NCBI RefSeq assembly: GCF_046119375.1
Contig: NW_027362767.1
Coordinates: 165,044,001 to 165,108,000 of the forward strand
From: Phyllobates terribilis
Lineage: Eukaryota
DNA length: 64,000 bases
Reading direction: 5' to 3'
Under the pieces are notes generated by a model, which searched no databases, had not been told where the DNA came from, and saw nothing but the letters and a program-made list of their open reading frames with translations. The translations under genes were made by a program, and so were the position numbers. Shown here in pieces: positions 37,998 to 47,830 of the stretch. The first letter of the stretch is position 1; every line of letters begins with the position of its first letter.

Positions 37998-40689
37998 GTA
38001 GATAGGGTTTCCCTCTATGCCAGTCCTTTCACTGAGCTAAATACAACTATCAGCAAAAAAAGTTGTGGACTGGGTCCGTACCGTTCCTGGCCACGTTCTC
38101 CTGTCCATGTGTTTGTGGTTAGGCGGTCCTTCCCAGTAAGAACACTGGGTAGGGCACGGGTAATGTTGTGGGACCCATGCTTGTGGAAGACGGAGGCGAT
38201 ACCGGGAAATATAGTCGCGGCTGGGGACCGAGTATGGACACCCGGCCGCCACCGGCATGAGGTTGTGAAAAGCTTCTTCCTCCACGAGCTTAATAGGCCA
38301 CATTTCAAGTGCAAGCAGCTGTCAAAAATTTGGCAGTATAGTATTGCAGCCTGTGGGTGGGTGGGTGGGTGGCTGGCTGCCTGCATACTTGCGCTTGCAT
38401 TCCAAGGAATGGGGTAGGGACAACTGAACGCTGCAGTGGGACAAGGACGTGGATGGTGATTGTTGCAAGTCTGCAACGACAGGTGCATGGCGGGAGGCAT
38501 CTTCGCATGTGCCAAGGATCACTTATGATGGGCACAATTTTAGGCAGTGACCTGGAAGTCAGAGATGCTTCCAGAGGTCTTCCCTATGCAGTTCCCATGT
38601 CTTTTCAGCACTGTATACATGTGTCTGATGATGTGTCACACACCACATGGCCAAATAAGGTTGTAAAATGTTAAAATTACATTTCCCGGTGAATGCATTT
38701 GTTTTGGTTGAAAGCAATGCAAAAGTACAAAACCGCATCAAAAACGCAACGTGTGAACATAGCCCAAGGTGTGGAGGAGTATTTTTGGTTTTGGTTATTT
38801 ATTTTGTCTTCTATACAAGTCATTACCCTGGAAAGGATGTTCCTTAACATACAGTTATATGAAAAAGTTTGGGCACCCCTATTAATCTTAAGCTTAATGT
38901 TTTATAAAAATTGGTGTTTTTGCAACAGCTATTTCAGTTTGATATATGTAATAACTGTTGGACACAGTAATGTTTCTGCCTTGAAATGAGGTTTATTGTA
39001 CTAACAGAAAATGTGCAATCTGCATTCAAACAAAATTTGACTGGTGCATAAGTATGGGCACCTCACCAGAAAAGTGACATTAATATTTAGTAGATCCTCC
39101 TTTTGCAAAAATAACAGCCTCTAGTCACTTCCTGTAGCTTTTAATGAGTTCCTGGATCCTGGATGAAGGTATTTTTGACCATTCCTCTTTACAAAACAAT
39201 TCCAGTTCAGTTAAGTTTGATGATCGCCGAGCATGGACAGCCCTCTTCAAATGATCCCACAGATGTTCAAGGATATTCCGGTCTGGGGACTGGGATGGCC
39301 ATTCCAGAACATTGTAATTATTCCTCTGCATGAATGTCTGAGTAGATTTGGAGGGGTGTTTTGGATCATTGTCTTGCTGAAAGATCCATCCCCTGCGTAA
39401 CTTCAACTTTATCACTGATTCTTGAACATTATTGTCAGGAATCTGCTGATATTGAGTGGAATCCATGCGTCCCTCAACTTTAACAAGATTCCCGGTGCCG
39501 GTATTGGCCACACAGCCCCAAAGCATGATGGAACCTCCACCAAATTTTACTGTGGGTAGCAAGTGTTTTTCTTGGAATGCTGTGTTTTTTTGCCGCCATG
39601 CATAACGCCTTTTGTATGACCAAACAACTCAATCTTGGTTTCATCAGTCCACAGGACCTTCTTCCAAAAAGAAATTGGCTTCTCCAAATGTGCTTTTGCA
39701 TACCTCAACCGACTCTGTTTGTGGCGTGCTTGCTGAAACGGCTTCTTTCGCATCACTCTCCCATACAGCTTCTCCTTGTGCAAAGTGTGTTGTATAGTTG
39801 ACCGATGCACAGTGACACCATCTGCAACAAGTTGATGATGCAGCTCTCTGGAGGTGGTCTGAGGATTGTCCTTGACTGATCTCACCATTCTTCTTCTCTG
39901 CCTTTCTGATGTTTTTCTTGGCCTGCCACTTCTGGCCTTAACAAGAACTGTCCCTGTGTTCTTCCATTTCCTTACTATGTTCCTCACAGTGGAAACTGAC
40001 AGGTTAAATCTCTGATACAGCTTTTTGTATCCTTCCCCTGAACAACTATGTTGAATAATCTTTGTTTTCAGATCATTTGACAGTTGTTTTGAGGAGCCCA
40101 TGATGCCACTCTTCAGAGGAGGTTCAAACAGGAGAACAACTTGCAAGTGGCCACTTTAAGTAGCTTTTCTCATGATTGCATACACCTGGCTATGAAGTTC
40201 AAAGCTCAATGAGGTTACAAAACCAAAAAAAGTGCTTTAGTACGTCAGTAAAAAGTAGGTAGGAGTATTTAAAACAAGAAAATGATAAGGGTGCCCATAC
40301 TTATGCACCTCTCAAATTTTGTTTGAATGCAGATTGCACATTTTCTGTTAGTACAATAAACCTCATTTCAAGGCAGAAACATTACTGTGTCCAACAGTTA
40401 TTACTAGAGATGAGCGGTGTTCGACTAGAACTGTTCGCCAATCTCAAATTCGAGCTGTTTTGGGCGGTGTTCGAGTTGTTCGACGAACCCGAACGATTTG
40501 CAAAAAATTCGGCTGTTCAAGGTTATGTTCGATAACTGTTCGTGCACCAAAAGCGTGTCCTGCATGTCTGGCGCTATTTAGAGCACCAATCATGCAGGGA
40601 TTGTCTGCCACTCACTGTAATGCCACAGCCATGGTGGTTGTGGCATTACAGTGATTGCCCAAATCGATGGGAACAGTGCCAACAGTGAA

Positions 40690-41270
40690 ACATGAAAAGC
40701 CGGCAATTCAGCAGCGGCATACACCTGTACCCGACAATTTAGAACCGAAAGAATAGAGCTTCACACATAGATTAGATAGATATAAACATGTCAGCCACAT
40801 ATATACGAAGTACAGTGAAAGTGCTGCTTACTGTACTTGTCATTTAGCGTAAAGGATTTATCAAAAAAAATAATAGTGTTTTCATGCACCGTCTCTTTAA
40901 AAAAGCCGGCCGGCAATTCAGCATCTGTACCCGACAATTTAGAATAGAAAGAATAGAGAATCACACATAGATTAGATAGATAGAAACATGTCAGTCACAT
41001 ATATATGAAGTACAGTGACAGTGCTGCTTACTGTACTTGTCATTTAGCGTAAAGGATTTATCAAAAAAAATAATAGTGTTTTCATGCACCGTCTCTTTAA
41101 AAAAGCCGGCCGGCAATTCAGCAGCGGTACCCGACAATTTATAACAGACAGAATAGAGCTTCACACATAGATTAGATAGATAGAAACATGTCAGTCACAT
41201 ATATATGAAGTACAGTGATAGTGTTGGTTACTGTACTTGTCATTTAGTATTAAAATAAAGGATTTATTAT
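40690..41270 (-). repeat. 200-bp tandem repeat (3 copies) in the left arm of the palindromic element
   Basis: GTCATTTAG occurs at 40839, 41039 and 41239. Confidence 0.9.
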
Positions 41271-44200
41271 TAAAAAAATTGGCGTGGAGTTCCCCTTAAT
41301 TTTAGGCTCTAGCGGAGGTTAAGCAGACGGCTGGGGCAGATGTTTGAAGCCTGGGAAGGGGGTAATACCCACGGAGCTTCCCAGGCTACTAATATCAGCC
41401 CCCAGCTGAATACATAGCCTTTACTAGCTATTAAAATGGGGGACCCCCCCAAAAAAATGACGTGGGGTCCCCCCTAATTTAATAGCTAGCAAAGGCTAGG
41501 CAGACAGCTGGGGGCTGATATTAATAGCCCAGGAAGGGAGCCATGAATATTGGCCCCCTCCCAGGCTAGAAACACCAGCCGTCAGCCGCCCCAGAAATGG
41601 CGCATTCATAGGATGCGCCAATTCTGGCACTTAGCCTCGCTCTTCCACGCTGCCCTGGTGCGGTGGCAGGGGGTAATAGGGTTGGGGTTGATGTCAGCTT
41701 ATAATGCCAGCTGACATCAAGCCCAGGTTAGTAATGGAGAGGCGTCTATAAGACACCCCCATTACTAACCCCATAGTCAAAGTTAAAAAAAACACAAACA
41801 CCCAGAATAAAGTCCTTTAATTGAAATAAAGACACAATCCTTTATTGTTCTAAATTAAACCATACTTACCGTCACGCCCATTCCAGCTGAAGCCAACGAT
41901 CTCCTGCAATAAAAGAAAAATAATAAAGCAACCTCATCCTTACCTTTCCATGGTTCCCACGACAGCTTCAGCTCTGCTACATCGAGATGACAGGCTGGAC
42001 CGCAGCAGAACGCTGCCATCCAGCCTCTCATCCCGCAGACACTGAGAAGCGCAGGCTTGCTTGCGCTGCTCAGCGTCTCTCTGTGACGACATCCAGATGA
42101 GCCGAGTTCATGTCCAATGAACTCGGCTCACCTCATGCACGTCACTGACAGCGTGGGAAAATTCTCACGCTGAAGCGGTGAGTGCAGGAGAATTCTCCCA
42201 CGCTGTCAGTGACGTGCATAAGGTGAACTCATGTCCAATGAACTCAGCTCACCTCCTGCACGTCACTGACAGCGTGGGAGAATTCTCCTGCACTCAGCGC
42301 TTCAGCGTGAGAATTCTCCCACGCTGAAGCGCTGAGTGCAGGAGAATTTTCCCACGCTGTCAGTGACGTGCATAAGGTGAGCTCATGTCCAATGAACTCC
42401 GCTCACCTCCTGCACGTCACTGACAGCGTGGGAGAATTCTCCTGCACTCAGCGCTTCAGTGTGAGAATTCTCCCACGCTGAAGCGCTGAGTGCAGGAGAA
42501 TTTTCCCACGCTGTCAGTGACGTGCATGAGGTGAGCCGAGTTCATTGGACATTAACTCGGCTCATCTGGATGCCCTCACAGAGAGACACTGTGGAGCGCA
42601 AGCAAGCCTGCGCTTCTCAGTGTCTGCGGGATGACAGGCTGGATGGCAGCGTTCTGCTGCGGTCCAGCCTTTCATCTCGATGTAGCAGAGCTGAAGCTGT
42701 CATGGGAACCATGGAAAGGTAAGGATGATGTTGCTTTATTATTTTTCTTTTATTTCAGGAGATCGTTGGCTTCAGCTGGAATGGGCGTGATGGTAAGTAT
42801 GGTTTAATTTAGAACAATAAAGAATTGTGTGTTTATTTCAATTAAAGGACTTTTTTCTGGGTGTTGTGTTTTTTTTAAATACTTTACTAGAAATTCATGG
42901 TGGTCATGTCTAATATTGGCGTGACCCCATGAATTTCGGGCTTAGGGCCAGCTGATAATGCCAAGCTGGCCCTAACCCCTTCATTACCCAGTGAGCCACC
43001 GCATCAGGGCCCTGGATGAGTTGGGTACAGCGCCAGAAGATGGCGCTTCTATGAACGCGCCATTTTCCGGGGTGGCTGCGGACTGCAATTTGCAGCGGGG
43101 GTGGCCCAGAAAGCTTGGGCCTCCCTGCGCTGCGGATTCCAGCCCCCAGCTGCCTAGTTGTACCTGCCTGGACACAAAAACAGGGCGAAGCCCCACGTCA
43201 ATTTTCTTTAAATTATTTCATGAAATAATTAAGAAAAAAAGGGCTTCCCTATATTGTTGTGTCCGGCCAGGTACAAATAGGCAGCTGGTGGTTGGGGGCA
43301 GCCCGTTCCTGCCTGCTGTACCTGGCTGGACACAAATATAGTGCGAAGCCCCACGTCAATTTTTTTTAAATTATTTCATGAATTTCCTGAAATAATTTAA
43401 AAAAATTGAAGTGGGGCTTCGCACTATATTTGTGTCCAGCCAGGTACAGCAGGCAGGAACGGGCTGCCCCCATCCACCAGCTGCCTATTTGTACCTGGCC
43501 GGACACAACAATATAGGGAAGGCCTTTTTTTCTTAATTATTTCATGAATTTCATGAAATAATTAAAAAAAAAGTACGTGGGGCTTCGCCCTATTTTTGTG
43601 TCCAGCCAGGTACAACTAGGCAGCTGTGGGCTGGAATCTGCAGCGCAGGGAGGCCCAAGCTTTCTGGGCCCCCCCCCCGCTACAAATTGCAGTCCGCAGC
43701 CACCCCGGAAAATGGCGCGTTCATAGAAGCGCCATCTTCTGGCGCTGTACCCAACTCATCCAGGGCCCTGGTGCGGTGGCTCAATGGGTAATAAAGGGGT
43801 TAGGGCCAGCTTGGTATTATCAGCTGGCCCCAAGCCCAAAATTCATGGGGTCACGCCAGTATTAGACATGACCGCCATGAATTTCTAGTAAAGTATTTAA
43901 AAAAAACACAACACCCAGAATAAAGTCCTTTAATTGAAATAAAGACACAATTCTTTATTGTTCTAAATTAAACCATACTTACCATCACACCCATTCCAGC
44001 TGAAGCCAACGATCTCCTGCAATAAAAGAAAAATAATAAACCAACCTCATCCTTACCTTTCCATGGTTCCCACGACAGCTTCAGCTCTGCTACATCGAGA
44101 TGACTGGCTGGACCGCAGCAGAACGCTGCCATCCAGTCTGTCATCCCGCAGACACTGAGAAGCGCAGGCATGCTTGCGCTCCTCACTGTCTCGCTGTGAC

Positions 44201-45319
44201 GGCATCCAGATGAGCCGAGGTCATGTCCAATGAACTCGGCTTACCTCATGCACGTCACTGACAGCGTGGGAAAATTCTCACGCTGAAGTGCTGAGTGCAG
44301 GAGAATTCTCCCACGCTGTCAGTGATGTGCATGAGGTGAGCTCATGTCCAATGAACTCAGCTCACCTCCTGCACGTCACTGACAGCGTGGGAAAATTCTC
44401 CTGCAATCAGCGCTTCAGCGTGAGAATTTTCCCACGCTGCCAGTGACGTGCATGAGGTGAGCCGAGTTCATTGGACATGAACTCGGCTCATCTGGATGTC
44501 GTCACAGAGAGACGCTGAGCAGCGCAAGCAAGCCTGCGCTTCTCAGTGTCTGCGGGATGACAGGCTGGATGGCAGCGTTCTGCTGCGGTCCAGCCTGTCA
44601 TCTCGATGTAGCAGAGCTGAAGCTGTCGTGGGAACCATGGAAAGGTAAGGATGAGGTTGCTTTATTATTTTTCTTTTATTGCAGGAGATCGTTGGCTTCA
44701 GCTGGAATGGGCGTGATGGTAAGTATATTTTAATTTAGAACAATAAAGGATTGTGTCTTTATTTCAATTAAAGGACTTTATTCTGGGTGTTTGTGTTTTT
44801 TTAAACTTTGACTATGGGGTTAGTAATGGGGGTGTCTTATAGACGCCTCTCCATTACTAACCTGGGCTTGATGTCAGCTGGCATTATAAGCTGACATCAA
44901 CCCCAACCCTATTACCCCCTGCCACCACACCAGGGCAGCGTGGAAGAGCGAGGCTAAGTGCCAGAATTGGCGCATCCTATGAATGCGCCATTTCTGGGGC
45001 GGCTGACGGCTGGTGTTTCTAGCCTGGGAGGGGGCCAATATTCATGGCTCCCTTCCTGGGCTATTAATATCAGCCCCCAGCTGTCTGCCTAGCCTTTGCT
45101 AGCTATTAAATTAGGGGGGACCCCACGTCATTTTTTTTGGGGGGTCCCCCATTTTAATAGCTAGTAAAGGCTATGTATTCAGCTGGGGGCTGATATTAGT
45201 AGCCTGGGAAGCTCCGTGGGTATTACCCCCTTCCCAGGCTTCAAACATCTGCCCCAGCCGTCTGCTTAACCTCCGCTAGAGCCTAAAATTAAGGGGAACC
45301 CCACGCCAATTTTTTTAAT

Positions 45320-46105
45320 AATAAATCCTTTATTTTAATACTAAATGACAAGTACAGTAACCAACACTATCACTGTACTTCATATATATGTGACTGACAT
45401 GTTTCTATCTATCTAATCTATGTGTGAAGCTCTATTCTGTCTGTTATAAATTGTCGGGTACCGCTGCTGAATTGCCGGCCGGCTTTTTTAAAGAGACGGT
45501 GCATGAAAACACTATTATTTTTTTTGATAAATCCTTTACGCTAAATGACAAGTACAGTAAGCAGCATTGTCACTGTACTTCATATATATGTGACTGACAT
45601 GTTTCTATCTATCTAATCTATGTGTGAAGCTCTATTCTGTCTGTTATAAATTGTCGGGTACCGCTGCTGAATTGCCGGCCGGCTTTTTTAAAGAGACAGT
45701 GCATGAAAACACTATTATTTTTTTAAATAAATCCTTTACACTAAATGACAAGTACAGTAAGCAACACTATCACTGTACTTATTATATATGTGACTGACAT
45801 GTTTCTATCTATCTAATCTATGTGTGAAGCTCTATTCTTTCTGTTCTAAATTGTCGGGTACAGATGCTGAATTGCCGGCCGGCTTTTTTAAAGAGACGGT
45901 GCATGAAAACACTAATATTTTTTTTAATAAATCCTTTACACTAAATGACAAGTGCAGTAACCAACACTGTCACTGTGCTTCTTATATGTGTGACTGACAT
46001 GTTTCTATCTATCTAATCTATGTGTGATGCTCTATTCCTTCTTGTCTAAATTGTCGGGTACCGGTGTATGCCGCTGCTGAATTTGCCGGCCGGCTTTTTT
46101 AAAGA
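45320..46105 (+). repeat. 200-bp tandem repeat (~4 copies) in the right arm
   Basis: CTAAATGACAAGT occurs at 45341, 45541, 45741 and 45941. Confidence 0.9.
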
Positions 46106-47159
46106 GAGTGTTTTCTGAGCAGTTTGTCAGCTTTTGGACACCTTTGCAGGTGTTTTCTATGTGTTTCTATGTGTTTTTGTTTGCCTGCCATTGGTTTTAA
46201 CGGTGTTCGACGGTGTTCTAAGGTGTTCGACGAACAGTTCGACGAACAGTTCCTCGAACATCCCGGTGTTCGACGAACCGAACCGAACCCGAACACAACG
46301 GGGGTGGCTCAACACTAGTTATTACATATATCAAACTGAAATAGCTGTTGCAAAAACACCAATTTTTATAAAACATTAAGCTTAAGATAAATAGCGGTGC
46401 CCAAACTTTTTCATATAACTGTATTTCCCAGGAAAATCCATTTTGGTTTAGTTTTTGTATGTTTTATTGTGAGTCCGTAAAAGTGGTGTAATACTCTGAC
46501 AATGTTGTTAACAGCAGTGACCTGGGAGTCAGAAATGCTTCCAGGGGTCTTCCCCATGCTGTTCCCATGTCATTTGAGCACTGTTCCCATTGATTTGGGC
46601 AATTTTTAGGCCCTCTGCAGACCGCCGGGGGGAGCCGCCTGAAAAATGCTCTAGTTTTCCATAGACTTGCATTGGGCTCGTTGCTCGGGTCGAGCACCCG
46701 AGTATTCCAATTTGCTCGACCCGAGCAACGAGTACCCGAGCATTTTAGTGCTCGCTCATCACTAATCTCAAGCTCAATATCAATGCAATTAGGGAGGGTT
46801 TGGTCCTTTTTTTTTGCATTTTGGTCTTCAAAAATGGAAGAGTGGCCTGAGCTTGCCTGTCACGCCATGGCAGTTTTGTCATGCCCAGCAACCAGCATTC
46901 TCTCAGAATGAGTCTACAGCGCTGCGGGTGGTGTCCTGACAGATAAGCGCATTCGGCTGTACCCTGAAAGTGTAGAAAAACTAACTTTCATCAAGATTAA
47001 CAAGCCATGGATCTCCAAGGACTTTTGCACCCCAATCACAGACTGTGAAGACTAGGCAATGGTGTAGTTTTTAGTGTGCTGCATTGATCTCACGTTATTG
47101 CAGTCTGTGACCTTTGTCATGGATTTTGTGCCTGCTGTTGCTACTGCTGCTGATGTTGT

Positions 47160-47830
47160 CAATCATTTTTTGAAATGTGAAGACTGCTGTTGGGTCCCCA
47201 ATATACTATTTCTACTCTCGTGAAATTGATGCCACTTTGGTGGTGTCTGCCCCTAATTTTTGGAAATTTGAAGACTTCTGATTGGGTCTCCATTTGCTCG
47301 GTTGGCTGTAGTGGAAGAGGTGCCAGTGCCCTATTATACTAGGTGTACTCTGGTGACATTGATGCCACTTTGGTGGTGTTTGGCAATAATTTTTTGAAAT
47401 ATGGAGAATCCTGGTTGGATCTCCATCTGGCTTGTTTCCTGTAGTGGAAGGGGTGTCAGTGCCCCATTATACTATTTCTACTCTGGTGAATTTAATGACA
47501 CTTTAGTGTTGTATGGCAATATTTTTTTTGAAATGTGGAGACTCCTGGTCGGGTCTTCATCTGGTGTGTTTCCTGTAGTGGAAGGGGTGTCAGTATCCCA
47601 TTGTACTATTTCTACTCTGATGAAATTGATGCCACTTTAGTGGTGTGCGGCAGAAATTTTTTGAAATGTGGAGACTCCTGGTTGGGTCTCTATCTGCTGT
47701 GTTTCCTGTAGTAGAAGGAGTGTCAGCCCATTATACTATTTCTACTCTGGTGTAATTGATGCCACTTTAGTGGTGTGTGTCAATCATTTTTTGAAATGTG
47801 GAGACTCCCAGTTGAGTCTCTTTAATGCGT
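47160..47830 (+). repeat. ~132-bp tandem repeat (~5 copies) in the 3' region of hAT B
   Basis: The GATGCCACTTT motif occurs at ~47228, 47361, 47494, 47628 and 47758. Confidence 0.85.

Larger units (their letters stand above)
40405..46317 (+). mobile_element. 5.9-kb non-autonomous hAT made of a giant nested palindrome
   Basis: GTTATTAC|TAGAGATGAGC ... GCTCAACACTA|GTTATTAC (perfect 8-bp TSD). No transposase remnant seen. Symmetry centre at ~43383. Confidence 0.95.
38852..46421 (-). mobile_element. Tc1 element (~1650 bp net, TA TSD); near-full-length DD34E transposase pseudogene at 40101-39080; one TIR split by a 5.9-kb hAT
   Basis: TA|CAGTTATATGAAAAAGTTTGGGCACC ... GGTGCCCAAACTTTTTCATATAACTG|TA. 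MGSSKQLS.., WTDETK, QQDNDPKH and NILEHLW motifs, with a frameshift at ~39550 and a late stop. Confidence 0.95.
17455..46764 (+). mobile_element. hAT element C, swollen to 29.3 kb by nested insertions
   Basis: Left TIR TAGTGATGAG at 17455 is preceded by ATCTCGAG. Right TIR CTCATCACTA ends at 46764 and is followed by ATCTCAAG (7/8 TSD match). The host B reading frame rejoins across the junction. Confidence 0.8.
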
